Shown here: piece after piece, positions 24,256 through 37,588 of the stretch
How positions within the stretch are numbered: position 1 is the stretch's first letter
Layout: the number at the start of each line of letters is the position of its first letter
Origin: Octopus bimaculoides
Taxonomy: Eukaryota
Length of the DNA stretch: 55,727 nt
NCBI RefSeq assembly: GCF_001194135.2
Contig: NC_068983.1
Span: forward strand, 38,744,726-38,800,452
Direction: 5' to 3'
Position numbers and translations under genes: made by a program
The notes under the pieces: generated by a model
The model's input: the letters and a program-made list of their open reading frames with translations, nothing else
What the model was told of the DNA's origin: nothing
Database searches by the model: none

Positions 24256-25184
24256 GGAAACCTTCACTAAAAGACAGGGGTGTTTGGATAGCTGATTATT
24301 TCGGTTTGAGTTTTTTTCTCAAAGATCTTTCATCTTATTCTTTTGCCAAACCTTTCTGTGGTCTTTCTTGTTTGGTATTGTTATACTTTTCATTGAGCGT
24401 GGAATTTCTGATGGTTTGCTTCTTTCCTGGTATCAGTATCTATAAATTGGTGTTCTACTTTGTGAAAGAAGCAAAACATAATTGTTAAACCAAGGCTATT
24501 ATTTTAAAGCTAGGTTTACGTAATAATGACGTTAGAAGCAATAAACCTTAATATTTCTGAAGTACATATTTTATCAGCCACAGATGTATGAAAGAAATAA
24601 TACATACTAATAAGTAGATGTGAGTATGTGAGTGTATGTGTGCATATATACATGTTTTTTTTTCCTTTTTTGTTGTTGTTGGTTTGCATTTTCTTTTGTT
24701 ATGTTGATATGGGTTCAATGGTTCTGAGATTTACAAATATCTGTGTGTATCCTTTTACAATTGGATCCCATTTCAAGTACTAAATACTTTTATCTTGAAG
24801 TGGAGCTGTTATGTATATTCCAGCTGGATAGGCTCACATTTTACAAAACAAAGTACTTGTAAAATGAAAGTAACAATAACGATACTAATTACGGATTCCG
24901 TTGGAGAAGCATACTTGCTTAGAGCCATGAGTAGGAGTGTGGTTGCTTGAAGATGGGTGGCGATTTTATTGCTTTGATACAAGATCCTTTTTCATAACAG
25001 GTTGGGTATGTATGTATGTATGTATGTGTGCGTAAGTAGATATGTATGTAAACATGTATGTGTGTATACATGAGTCTATGTGTGTGCATACATGTATGTG
25101 TGTGTATATGCATACAGGATATGTATGCAGGCATGAATTTCTATTGTTATACACACACACACACACGCATGCACGCACGCATGT

Positions 25185-25246
<62 letters not shown>

Positions 25247-25925
25247 NNNNNNNNNNNNNNNNNNNNNNNNNNNNNNNNNNNNNNNNNNNNNNNNNNNNNN
25301 NNNNNNNNNNNNNNNNNNNNNNNNNNNNNNNNNNNNNNNNNNNNNNNNNNNNNNNNNNNNNNNNNNNNNNNNNNNNNNNNNNNNNNNNNNNNNNNNNNNN
25401 NNNNNNNNNNNNNNNNNNNNNNNNNNNNNNNNNNNNNNNNNNNNNNNNNNNNNNNNNNNNNNNNNNNNNNNNNNNNNNNNNNNNNNNNNNNNNNNNNNNN
25501 NNNNNNNNNNNNNNNNNNNNNNNNNNNNNNNNNNNNNNNNNNNNNNNNNNNNNNNNNNNNNNNNNNNNNNNNNNNNNNNNNNNNNNNNNNNNNNNNNNNN
25601 NNNNNNNNNNNNNNNNNNNNNNNNNNNNNNNNNNNNNNNNNNNNNNNNNNNNNNNNNNNNNNNNNNNNNNNNNNNNNNNNNNNNNNNNNNNNNNNNNNNN
25701 NNNNNNNNNNNNNNNNNNNNNNNNNNNNNNNNNNNNNNNGTGTATGCATATATGTGTCAGCAGTCCTTACCTGTTTTCATGGAAGATAATATTTTTCCAT
25801 GGTCAGATTTGTTTTCACAGAAGACCGCAAAAAAAGGACACTGCTTATGTGACAATGACACTTGTTTACAACTAAAACAAGGAGACATTCACACACATAC
25901 AGAGTCACATAGCATATATGTGATT

Positions 25926-25964
<39 letters not shown>

Positions 25965-26336
25965 AAACAAAATCAAAGAACTGCTGAAGAAAAATACCCA
26001 ATATCTTTTCTGATATTTTATAAATTTCTGTCATATATCACTCAATCCTTCTTGAGACTGGATATTATCTTGGCTTCTGAAACCATAAAGCAGTTTATTT
26101 TACTGGTGCTAACTCTGCCTTGGGAGAAGAGAATGGAAGAGATGCAAGACAGGAAGAGGATGAAGTATCAAGAGTAGAATATTTGTTGCAGGAATAGGTG
26201 GAAGAGCAAGTGCATACATGGAGAAGGGCAGTCAAGGGTTCATAGGTCAGTTCCTAAACAAGGCCTTTGTATTAGGCTTAGGTTTTAGAAGGGTGAGTAG
26301 AAGAGCTCTCAGAAACTACTTGGAGACTGCAGACGT

Positions 26337-26783
26337 CATCATCATCATTGTCATTTAACGTCTCCTTTCCATGTTGGTATGGGTTGGACAGATTGAGGGC
26401 TGGCAAGCCAGAAGGCTGCACCAGGCTCCAATCCGATTTGGCAATGTTTCTACAACTGGATACCCTTCCTAATGCCAACCACTCTGAGTGTGTAGTGGGT
26501 GCTTTTTATGTGTCACTGGCCCTCGTGCCAGTCAGGCAGTACTGGCATTAGCCACACTTGTGGTGCTTTTTATGTGCCACTGGCACAGGAGCTAGTCAGG
26601 TGGCACTGGCATTGACCATGCTCAAATGGTGCTTTTTACGTGCCACTGGCATGTGACCAGTCAGTCAACACTGGCATTTACCATGCTCGAATGGTACCTT
26701 CTACATGCCACCAGCATGGGAGCCAGTCAGGCAGCACTGGCAATGATCACACTCAAATGGTGCTTTTTACCTGCCACCAGCAA
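26337..26783 (-). mobile_element. Family C repeat with about four 65-bp tandem units
   Basis: (CAT)n-TTTAACGTC...CCCTTCCTAATGCCAACC, then units GTGCTTTTTA(C/T)GTGCCACTGGCA...CAGTCAG...CTGGCA starting near 26499, 26563, 26629, 26694 and 26760. Confidence 0.85.
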
Positions 26784-27650
26784 TACATCTATATGACTCA
26801 GGTTAAGAAGAAAAGACCCGTGGGGTCAGTAGAATGTCACTTGAATACAAACCAAAGGTTGATTAACCTCACTTGGGTCACCTGTTTCAGGGTGTATTTT
26901 GTAAGACCTGAAACATGTAGTATTTCCCATATACAGACATTGTGTCCAAATATTGCATTCAGAGATGAATGAAAAACTGAATATGTGCGTGTGTATGTGT
27001 GTGTACATACATACACATAAAAACACAAACTTGTTGTTTTTATCAGCTTAAAACTGTCTTTTATCAGCTTAATTCTGGTGGTAATTTCAATCTGTATAAC
27101 TCTGTTTTGAGTTTGTTTTGCATCATTTTTGTCAGAAATTTTGTTAAAATTTGTCTTTGCTTATTGATTTAGTTTATCATATTCTCATGTGTATTGAAAA
27201 ATCTTTAACAGATGTCAATTTTAGAATATGAAAAACTATTTTGTTATGTGTGTTTTATTGAAAAGGAAGAGGCTGATGATAAACAACTATGATGATGATG
27301 ATGATGATGTGGTGGTGGTGAAGAGGGGCAGGAGGGGGAGGAAGAGGAGGAGGATGATATTGTTGCTTCTACAAATGATGATGATACTGTTGGCAGAGTT
27401 GCTAGGTTAGAGGACAACATAAGTCAGTCAATACTGCAGTTAAGTGTTTTGTTTTATATATACACAGCACAGTGTCTCTGCTAACCCTTTAGCTGGTAAC
27501 ATGACTGTTTGATAGCTGAAGCTATTACGTTGCTGCATAAACAGCCTGCCATCACCCATGGATGAGTATGGCTTAGTACTATGTTCTGTGCTTTCGTTAA
27601 TTGTATTAGTTACCAATGTAGTCTCACACAGATGTAGGCATCCTCTTGAC

Positions 27651-27847
27651 TAGAGGTTCTCAACTGCAGCTCCCAGGGGCACATGCGGCCCTCAAGCATC
27701 TTTCTGGATGCCCTTGACAGTTTTCGCTCTATAAATATTATAAATTTTCCTTTAATTGACTTACGTTTTACTTTTTTTTGGTGTGACCCCCTAAAACAAT
27801 TCAGGTTTTGGATTTGGCTCAGATATCAAAAAGGTTGACAACCATTG
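27651..27847. mobile_element. hAT-type MITE with 8-bp TSD CTCTTGAC
   Basis: TSD at 27643-27650 and 27848-27855; ends TAGAGGTTCTCAAC / GTTGACAACCATTG. Confidence 0.9.
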
Positions 27848-28129
27848 CTCTTGACTCTCCACCAGCGCCTTCAGGATGAGAGAGTTGAAGGGACTGGGTT
27901 GCATCAACACTTGTCAGGTACTCATTTTCAGCTGAGTAAACTCAGTGTGATATGAGGTGCCTTGCTCAAGGCACCTTCATTTCACACTCATCATCCCTCA
28001 ACACCTGTTCTCGATCCGTTATATTCTCCCCTCACCCATTCCCCATCTTTCACTCTTGCTATCTCTTCCTACCTACACTTTTGGCTCTTCTATCCCTACT
28101 TGCTTCTACTCACCTTGTACCTTGAGGGT

Positions 28130-28520
28130 TCACTTAGCCACTTCATCACCTCTATTTCTATCCCTTCACAGCTCCACTTTGATCATCCCAACCCTCTCCT
28201 CTAAAATGTGAGTAGCCATAGAGTTCCTTAATAGCAAGAAACCTGTTCTGTTCTGGTACCTCTCATACTTTAAACCCCTCACCTTCTAGCATAAAGTCAC
28301 CTCTCTTGGAGTTTGTATTTTTTGCAAGCTGCATGGTGACCTCATTAGTGCTGGTAGCATGAAAAAAGCACTTAGTACAAACCGTAAATTGGTTAGTGTT
28401 GGAAAGGGTATCCATCTATAGAATCCATGCTATACCAGACACTGGAGCACAATGCAATCCTTGGACCCGTTGGATCCTGTCAAATTATCCAACATATACC
28501 ATTAAATGGATTAAATGATG
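28130..28520 (+). mobile_element. Extended family C copy; homologous copy at 32520-32930 (-)
   Basis: Both share CTAAAATGTGAGTA...GCAAGAA.CCT.TTCTG...AAAGTCA.C.CTC..GAGTTTG...TTGCAAGCTGCAT.GTGACCTCA leading into the family C tail. Confidence 0.75.
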
Positions 28521-28754
28521 ATGATTATCACCATGATTATGATGATCATGATGAATTCATTTCACAGTGTGCAAATAACTGTCTAAGCAGTAACCTGAAA
28601 ATCTCAGAGATACTCTCTACTCTAGTTTAACTAATATTACCCAAGTTGCTGGCAATATTTAATGCTGTCACTTTGTTTTATGAAGTCAGTTTTTCACCCA
28701 GATTTTTAAGTCAGTATTCTGTTAGAAATTTATGATATTACAGAACACCATGAA

Positions 28755-28965
28755 GCAGTGGAGCTGTCAGGATCGTTAGCACTTAGGGAAAAATGCTTAG
28801 TGGCATTTCATCTTTTTTTATGTTCTGACTTCAAATTCCACCTAGGTCAACTTTGCTTTTCATCCTTTAAGAGTTGATAAAATAAGTACCAGTTGACCTC
28901 TGGGGTTGATGTAATAAACTTCCCTGAAATTACTGGCTTTGTGCCAAAATTTGAAACTTATATTA
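28755..28965 (+). mobile_element. tRNA-derived SINE family A (central GCCTTTCATCCTTTCGGGGTCGATAAA-type block, Meta/MESC-like by recognition)
   Basis: GGAGCTGTCAGGATCGTTAGCAC...TTCTGACTTCAAATTCC...GGTCAACTTTGCTTTTCATCC...GATAAAATAAGTACCAGT; further copies at 20617-20770 (-), 30432-30630 (+), 30960-31172 (+), 34350-34545 (-), 34620-34775 (-), 35245-35428 (+), 53126-53272 (+), 54238-54435 (-) and 54550-54670 (-). Confidence 0.8.
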
Positions 28966-31376
28966 CAGAGAAGTATGCCATATATTACAAAGAAGTATGC
29001 TTATATTACAGAGAAGTATGCTATATATGGAATAAGTCTATCACTATGTTGCTCTACATTCAAGTAATCACACTCAATACATTCTGTCTTCATTATAAGG
29101 TTTTATTTGTTCATTCCTGAACTTCTTGATCCATAATATGATTCCATTTTGGAGCTTGTGGAATGATTTCTGTTTCTTGTCAGTAATATTTACAAGACTA
29201 TGTAAATAACATAATTTATTTTGCTAACTCAGTATCATTGAACCTACATAATATGTTTGAATTTTTCTCTTTTTCCTTTTTTTCCCCCAATAAAAATTAG
29301 GTTAACTTGAATAAATGTAATTACAACTGGTCCTGTCAGGACAGTTGTTAGGAAATCTGAGTCACCACCAGTGACATTCAGAATTCCTTCCTTGCTTCAT
29401 TATGGTAAATCATTTTGGTCAAATGTTATTCCTTACCGCCCAGGATTCATAATTACAGGATACTTCTGATATATAAACCTAATGATTTTACACACTGAGA
29501 TCATACTATATGTTGTTGAAAAGCTATCGAATCTGTAATTTTTTTTTTCCAGTTAGAACTGCCATGATGACTCAGTCTGTAGAATCTTAAAACTGCTTAA
29601 TGCTAAGTGAAACACAAGACTATGATTACTCATTTATATGATAAGGTGATGTTAAGAACTTTTCTTGAACAGTGTAGATGGGATTGTAAAGGGATTATTT
29701 CCAGTAAGTCTTATTCATAAATATCCAATGGTTTCTCAGTTCTCTAGAGAGAATGCAACAATTATGCTTGTAGCAAATTAAAATAGAATGAAATGTCTGA
29801 TTCAGCAATGCCCCAATCCATTTGCATTTGGGAGGAAATGGTAATTTGGAATCTTAGTCTACAATGAAGCTGTTCCTTATTTGCAAATCTCTCTAATCAA
29901 AACCTTAAGATAAAATACTTTTCTTCTTTTAATTAAAAATTATTTTGTATCCATCTATTTTATGGTTGTATTGAACTTCAATGTAATTTCTTTATATTTA
30001 TGTAAATCATTTTATATCGAGTTGTCATGGTTACTTCTCACATATTCTAATGGATAAATAACAACATCGTTGCTCTGTTGTTTTAAATTCTGGCTCTTAT
30101 ATTGATTTGAACTTTCACCATAGTGACAAATTCTTGAATTTATAAAAATTATGATATTTAAATCAATAAATAGACAAGATAATTAGACAAAAATTCACTA
30201 TATCAGTTGGTATAAATTTTACAAGAGCTGGTTGAGTTTTCATTACAGATATGTATTTTGTTTATCCTTTATCCATATTAACATATTTTTTTTAAGGTTT
30301 TAATCACACAACCTAACTCTAGTTTTTCTTTGGTCTACTTCATTTTAATTCTTTTTAACTCTACCACACCTCACTTCATTTGATTATCCTCTATAGTTAG
30401 CCATGCAGTAGTAATATTTAAATATACCAATGTTAGCATGCCGGGTGAAATGCTTAGCGGTATTCCGTCTGTCTTTATATTCTGAGTTCAAATTCTGCCA
30501 AGGTCGACTTTGCCTTTCATCCCTTCGGGGTCGATAAATTAAGTACCAGTTGCGCACTGGTGTCGATCTAATCGACTGGCCCTCCCTCTCCCAAACGTTT
30601 GCACCTTGTACCTAGAGTAGAAAAGAATATTTTAATATTTTCCCATAGCTTGACATATTTTCATGGAAGACTGGAAACAAACAACATTGCTTGTATGATG
30701 GGGATGTTTGTTTACAACCATCACATAATGTCTAGATGAGTATACCCCCCCCACACACACTTATACATACATATACAATAGGCTTCTTTCAGTTGCTGTC
30801 AACCAAATCCACTCACAAGGCTTAGGAGTATAGTAGAAGACACTTGTCTGAGGTGCTGTGCACTGGGATTGAATCCAAGAAAACATGATTGGAAAGTTAG
30901 CCTCTTAACCACACAGCCACACCTGTATACTAATATTTTCAATACTTCTAAAACAATTAAGGTGACAAGCTGGCAGAATCATTAGCATGCCAGTCAAAAT
31001 GCTAAAAGGCATTTCATCCATCTTTACGTTCTGAGTTCAAATTCCATCAAGGTTGACGTTGCCTTTTATTTTTCGGGGGTTGATAAAATAAGTGCCAGTT
31101 GAGCACTGGGGTCGATGTAATTAACATAGCCCCTCTCGAAATTGCTGGCCTTGTGCCAGAATTTGAAACCAATATCTCTAAAGCAGTTAATGTTACAGTC
31201 AATGTTTACTAGCTCCTAACAATTTAGATTATCTTTCATTGTTTTTTTTTTTTTTTGTCTCTTTATGTATGCTGCTTCGATCAATATATTCTCCGATTAT
31301 GTTCTAGCACTTTATTTCTATATGTAGATATATCCTTTGGCTGGATTTGATCTCAGATGTTTAATTTCTAATGCAG

Positions 31377-31491
31377 AATTTCATTATTCTTCTACACTAT
31401 GCCACAAACCCTATAAGGCAGATGTCAAATTCGGTATTTTTAATTTCATTTTGTTAACAGCAACCATATTGAGCTTTATAGCCTGTGCTAG
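31377..31491 (+). CDS. Candidate exon EFHYSSTLCHKPYKADVKFGIFNFILLTATILSFIACAR (shorter alternative ends at 31433)
   Basis: Acceptor ttaatttctaatgcag; possible donors TCG|gtattt and TAG|gtttat; lies in unique sequence within ORF 31337-31777. Confidence 0.2.
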
Positions 31492-31886
31492 GTTTATTGA
31501 TTGGGTTCTCAGTGGTATATATACTGCCAATTTGGTTTTTCTTAGATTCCACTGTGATTCTTTGTCCAGAGTGGAAACTTCATACACTAACAATATGATT
31601 TTTTTTTTCCATTTTAACAACATATATAGCTTATTTATTTATTTATTTATTCTATTTTTGACTTTCTTCTATGATCAAAAATTTCCATTCCGATCTTTAA
31701 CGTTAAACTTATTCCTGCATTACAAGACATTCAACAAATACATGGCATCTTATAAATGCACTTCTATAATTGCATAACTCCTGGATAGATGTTTTTTAAC
31801 TCTAATGAGATATCTGTAGAGCATAGTCGCATGTCAGAATTCTATCTTGATGTTATTGTTTATGCAGATTCTTTCTCTCTTCTCAG

Positions 31887-31907
31887 TCACACCATCACAG
31901 TGGTGCA
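31887..31907 (+). CDS. Candidate 21-nt microexon
   Basis: ttatgcagattctttctctcttctcag|TCACACCATCACAGTGGTGCA|gtaagt; strong acceptor and donor, frame-preserving, open in all three frames. Confidence 0.35.
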
Positions 31908-32029
31908 GTAAGTACACAGATATGTAGCTTTTGACCTTCCATAATTCTATAGATCAGATGAAGCTTTCATCATATCTAGTGGATATTTGTTTGCCATGAC
32001 TACTTTTTCAGTCGGAGTAATTTAAAAAA

Positions 32030-32441
32030 AAATTTTTTTACTTGTTCCAGTCATTAGGCTGCGACCATGCTGGGGCACTACCTTAAAGAATTTTAGTCAA
32101 ACAAATCAGCCCCAGTGCATATTTTTGTTTTTTAAGCCTGGTACTTGTTCTATTGGTCTCTTTTGCCAAGCCACTAAGTCACAGAGACATAAACACACCA
32201 ACACCGGTTGTCAAGCAGTGGTGGGGCACAAACACAGACACAAAGACAATGCACATATATATTTATATATACACACACGATAGGCTTCTCTCAGTTTCTG
32301 TTTACCAAACCCACTCACAAGACTTTGGTCAGCTTGGAGCTATTGTAGAAGACACTGGCCTAAAGTGCCATGCAGTGGGACTGAACCTGGAACCATGTGG
32401 TTGGAAGCAAACTCCTTACCACACAGCCATGCTTGCACCCA
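32030..32441 (-). mobile_element. Near full-length family B SINE
   Basis: All family B blocks present in minus orientation. Confidence 0.85.
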
Positions 32442-33516
32442 AATAAATAATGGTTTTTAACATGATTGATATTTCAGATTCCACGGGCTTTTATATGTTA
32501 TAAGCTGTTCATCATCATGATCATCATCATTTAATGGCCATGTTTTCTACTGGCACGGGTTGGATGGTTTGACGGGATGAGACAAGTTCAAGGCCTGCAT
32601 CATGCTCCAGTGTCTGCTTCATCATGGTTTCTACAACTGGATACCCTTTCCCAATGCCAACCACTTTACAACATGTGCTGAGTGCCTTTTTTATATCAAC
32701 TAGCATTAGTGAGGTCACTATGCAGCTTGCAAGACTTCAAACTCTGAGGGGTTGACTTTACTCTTGGAGATGAGGGGTAAAAGTATGAGAGAAGGGCCAG
32801 ATCAGAATAGGCTTCTTGCAGGGGAGAAGCTACATGAGTACTCACATTTTAGAAGACAGGGTGGTAGTGATTGAGGTAGAGCTGGAAACAGATACAATAC
32901 TGGTGATGAGGTGTCTAGATGGACCTTGAATGCCCACATATACGTATACATACATATATATATATATATANNNNNNNNNNNNNNNNNNNNNNNNNNNNNN
33001 NNNNNNNNNNNNNNNNNNNNNNNNNNNNNNNNNNNNNNNNNNNNNNNNNNNNNNNNNNNNNNNNNNNNNNNNNNNNNNNNNNNNNNNNNNNNNNNNNNNN
33101 NNNNNNNNNNNNNNNNNNNNNNNNNNNNNNNNNNNNNNNNNNNNNNNNNNNNNNNNNNNNNNNNNNNNNNNNNNNNNNNNNNNNNNNNNNNNNNNNNNNN
33201 NNNNNNNNNNNNNNNNNNNNNNNNNNNNNNNNNNNNNNNNNNNNNNNNNNNNNNNNNNNNNNNNNNNNNNNNNNNNNNNNNNNNNNNNNNNNNNNNNNNN
33301 NNNNNNNNNNNNNNNNNNNNNNNNNNNNNNNNNNNNNNNNNNNNNNNNNNNNNNNNNNNNNNNNNNNNNNNNNNNNNNNNNNNNNNNNNNNNNNNNNNNN
33401 NNNNNNNNNNNNNNNNNNNNNNNNNNNNNNNNNNNNNNNNNNNNNNNNNNNNNNNNNNNNNNNNNNNNNNNNNNNNNNNNNNNNNNNNNNNNNNNNNNNN
33501 NNNNNNNNNNNNNNNN

Positions 33517-33935
33517 ACGCTCAAAATGGTGTATTTTATGTGCCACCTGCACAAGAGCCAGTCCAGGGGCACTGGCAACGATCTCATTCGAAAGTCCTTA
33601 CACATGCCACGGGCACAAGTGCCAGGAAGGCAATGCTGGGCACAGGTGCCATGACGATTTCACTTTCGCTTGCCCCAACAGGTCTTCACAAGCCGAATTT
33701 CGTGTCCAATGATGGAGATGACGTTGGCATGGGTGCCAGTCGTCGAATTTAATTCGATTTCGATTTCACTTGCCTCAACAGGTCTTCGCAAGCGGAGTTT
33801 AGTGTCCAATGAAGGAAGGTACGCATAAGTGGGCTGGCTGAGGCCTTAGATTTAGGTCTCAATTGGCTTGCCGGGTCTTCTCACGCACAGCATATTTCCA
33901 AAGGTCTCAGTCAGAAGTCATTGCCTCGGTGAATG
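33517..33935 (-). mobile_element. GC/CpG-richer upstream segment of the family C parent element, with ~105-bp internal duplication
   Basis: Begins with the 65-bp unit motif and ends with GGGTCTTCTCA.GCACAGCATA..TCCAAAGGTCT (as at 42580-42625); GATTTCAC...CAACAGGTCTTC...GTGTCCAATGA occurs near 33657 and 33763. Confidence 0.65.
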
Positions 33936-35432
33936 TATAAGAGTATAAACAAGTGTAAAATAGTGTAAACAACTAAAATAAAAGCTAGCATGGAAAGCAG
34001 ACGTTAAATGATGATGATGATGAACATTTTTTTCTTAATACTTTTTATGTAGTGGTCGAAGGAAGGTCTGGCTTTCATTAGGAGTGGTCCACATAAACAT
34101 TCATGATACAGAGGCTGAGAGCTTATTTCAGTTCAGGAGTGAATCGTCATCACATGTCACTTCGTCGCAAACACATGTCATATAGCTGCAATAGAATGAT
34201 GTATCACCAACAATAATGTGATTTCTCTAAGACATCACCCAGTAATCTATCAAGTCCATTTACACATTTCTCAATACATACTGCTGTTATGACTTCCTTC
34301 CTCATTTTATGCCTCCATCGTAGATGGGTAGATTTGCAAGTAATAATAATCCTTTCTAGGCCTGAAATTTTGTGGGAGGGGACTAGTGAATTGCATCGAC
34401 CCCAATGTGTCACTGGTACTTAATTTATCAACAACTAGAGCGGATAAAAAGCAAAGTTGACCTCGGCAGAATTTGAACTCAGAATATAAAATTGGATGAA
34501 ATGCTGCTAAGCATTTTGCCTGGCCTGCTAACAATTCTGCCAGCTTGCTGTCTTGACCACCCTGATTGTTTCTGATATAAGCAGAAGGTTAGAAATCTAA
34601 GGGAAAGAGGTTAGTTGGTTACGTTCACCTCAGTGCTTGACTGGTACTTTATTTTATCAACCTTGAAAGGATGAACAATGAAGTTGACCTAAGCAAGATT
34701 TGAACTCAAAATATAAAGAGCCGGAAGCAATACTGCAAAGCATTTTTTCTGATGCTTTAACGATTCTGCTAGGAATAATTATAATGATGAACTGAAGAAA
34801 TAATATGAAGTTAAATTGATTAAAATCTTTCAATATTTCTAAAAAAAAAGAAAAAATAGTCAGGGTGGGGTGAGTTGGGAAGGAAAGAAAGAAAGAGAGA
34901 AACAATGAAAAATGTATTAAAACATCTTTGGTTTTGATTATTAATTTTTTGTTATGATTTTTTTTTAAAGAATGAAGTAATAATTGAAATAAAAATCTTC
35001 AGTCCTTCAGATATTGAATAAAATTTTAATTCTAAGTTTAATTCTTCTCCTTCTCATTTTTCTTTCCTTCTTCATGTCATCTTCCACTATCCACCCCCAC
35101 CCCCTCCAACACTCACACTTCATTTTTTTCTTGTCTGCTTATTTTCCATCTCCTTCTCACTTTCTTTCCCTTTAGTTCCTCTCTCCCTTTCGGTATATTT
35201 TCCTTTACCTTCTTCTTCATTCCTCTCATTATTAAAAGACCAGTAGGGTGGCGGAGTGGTATTCTTTTCCCACTCTGTATTTTCTGAGTTCAAATCCTCC
35301 TAAGGTCAGCTTTTTCTTTCGTCCCTATAGGACTGATAAAATAAAATACCTGTGAAGTACTGGGGTCAATATAATCAATTATTTCTCTCCCCAAATTTCA
35401 TCCCTAGTGCCCATTTTAGAAACAGTTATTAA

Positions 35433-35997
35433 CCCTTTAGCATTCAGATCATTCTGTCAAATGTAATGTTCTTTCATTCACATTGTTTTTAATTAATCAT
35501 GCATTATCTCATAGCTTTGATATCTTGATGATGTGACTGTATATCAGAGGTTCTCAAACTTTTTGGGCCACCGCTCCCCTCATGGTCACATAATACCCTC
35601 AGCGCCCCGCCCCTATTTTAATGTATAAATAAGTATTTTATATTTTACTAATTTATATATACTATGAGTCATTTGATATTTAATATATTATATAATTTCT
35701 ATACAATACTATAGTAATATTATATTAAATTCATACCATCCCCCAATCCACTGCCTTCCTCCCAATGCCTCCTTTTTCTCTAACCCCTTTCCCAGCACCA
35801 CCCCCTTAGACACCAGTGCCCACCTGGACCCACTCAACACCCACCGGGAATGGGGAGTAGCACCCACTTTGAGAACCTGTGCTGTATATTTTTAGAATGG
35901 CATTGAAGGGTAGGTGTGATAGGCTGGATCTGGCTGATTAGAACATAAAACAAGTAGTGTATGCAGGCCAGATATGGCCAGTTTAAATGTTAAAGGG
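35433..35997. mobile_element. piggyBac-type MITE with TTAA TSD, hosting a hAT MITE
   Basis: TTAA at 35429-35432 and 35998-36001; ends CCCTTTAGCATT / AATGTTAAAGGG. Confidence 0.9.
35545..35881. mobile_element. hAT-type MITE with 8-bp TSD CTGTATAT
   Basis: TSD at 35537-35544 and 35882-35889; ends CAGAGGTTCTCAAA / TTTGAGAACCTGTG. Confidence 0.92.
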
Positions 35998-36735
35998 TTA
36001 AAATATTATTATTATTATCATTATTATGTGGAGGTGCAATGGCCAAGTGGTTAGGGCATGTTAATTTCACGAGCAGGCTGTTCTGGTGACCGGATCAACT
36101 GGAATCCTCATCGTTGTAACCGACGGAGTGCCAAGATTATTATTATAATCATTAATTTCTTTAAACTAGACTCAAAGACTGGAATGTGTGTGTGTGTGTG
36201 TGTGTGGAGTGATATTGATTAAATATACTACAATATATTTTTTGTTTCTGTTTTTAATTGACTCTGGAGAGATTATAATTAAAGCCGGAATTTGAATTGA
36301 AACCATAATGGGGAAAAAATTGTTTTAAATCCGTTGAGTTTTGTTCCTCTCTGTTCCAAGTTAAAATTCCCCAAGGCTAACTTTACCTTTCAACAATCCA
36401 TGGCCAGTCTTACACTAGAGTAGTCTATCCAGTTGACCGTTACAAATTTGTGGCTTTGTGTCAATATTATAATTGTCAATCTATTGTTATGTTTTTTATT
36501 GTATTACTTATTCTTTGTTATTGTTTCTTTAAAAATTGTTGGACTAGGTGGGATGGGTGAAGGATGGCATTTAATTAAATATATTAATTTTCTCAAGGTG
36601 TAAAAATAAAAAGAAATTAAACAAAACATATATATATAAATAAAACAAAACAAATATCTTTTGCTTTATTCAGGAAACTAAAATGCAATTTAATTTTAGA
36701 ATAAGAAGCGTGTTGTTATATTATTATTATTATTA

Positions 36736-36794
<59 letters not shown>

Positions 36795-36819
36795 GTTGTT
36801 GTTGTTGTTGTTGTTGTTA

Positions 36820-37215
36820 AGGTGGTGAGCTGGCAGAATTGTTAGCACGCCAGGCGAAATGCTTAGTGGTATTTTATCTGACACAACTTTCAGAGTTCAA
36901 ATTCCACCGAGGTCGACTTTGCCTTTCATCCTTTCGGGGTTGATAAATTAAGTACCAGTTGAGTACTAGGGTCGATGTAATCGACTATACCCCTCCCCCC
37001 AAATTTCAGGCCTTGCGCCTATAGTAGAAAAGATTATTATTATTATTAAGGTGGTGAGCCGGCAGAATCGTTAGCATGCTGGACGAAATGCTTAGTGGTA
37101 TTTTGTCAGCTGCAGCATTCTGAGTTCAAATTCTGTCATGGTCAAAGCCCTGGGGTCAATGTAATCGACTTACCCTCTCCCCCAAAATTGCTCACCTTGT
37201 GCCAAATTTAAAATC
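36820..37215 (+). mobile_element. Two head-to-tail family A SINEs after a long (ATT)n(GTT)n tract
   Basis: AAGGTGGTGAGC(T/C)GGCAGAAT(T/C)GTTAGCA near 36819 and again near 37048; the second copy is internally deleted. Confidence 0.88.
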
Positions 37216-37218
37216 ATT

Positions 37219-37588
37219 TTTACCTCTGCCTTAGTGAAGGCGGAGGTATTGTTTTCAGCCATGTTTGTTTGTTTGTTTGTCCATGGACAAGGTATCTCAA
37301 GAACTGCTGGATGGATTCAGATGAAGCTTTCAGAGATGCTTCGCTTTGTGACTGGCACAAACTGATTAAATTTTGAAATTGATCTGGTACCGGACAAGGA
37401 TTCTGGATAACTTTTCCTATTTCTTTACTCTATTTTTGAGAGCGGTTGGGTTCATTTTTAGTATTCTCATTTGTGAGAGCAGTCGAGTTCATTTCAGATA
37501 TTCTCATTTTAAAAAATCATCTCCGGCTAATCATTGAGAGGACGTTGGTGTTGCCTTGGCGGAGGTTCACGCTCACTGAGTGCTCGTG
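37219..37588 (+). mobile_element. Helentron-associated non-autonomous element (HINE/DINE-1-like architecture)
   Basis: Sub-terminal inverted repeats ACCTCTGCC near the 5' end and GGCGGAGGT near the 3' end, internal (GTTT)n, short 3' hairpin GCTC-ACT-GAGT, T-rich flanks. Confidence 0.7.

Noticed and set aside
26499-26783. CRISPR-like look of conserved motif plus variable segments (also the 42-bp array at 13924)
   Set aside because: The variable segments are homologous to each other, the arrays sit inside a eukaryotic retroposon family, and there are no cas genes
29301-29404. Exon-like segment with strong pyrimidine tract and donor ATG|gtaaat
   Set aside because: Stops in all three frames from the main acceptor. 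A terminal or non-coding exon, a shorter exon from 29340, or a 42-nt minus-strand exon near 29438-29479 cannot be excluded but lacks support
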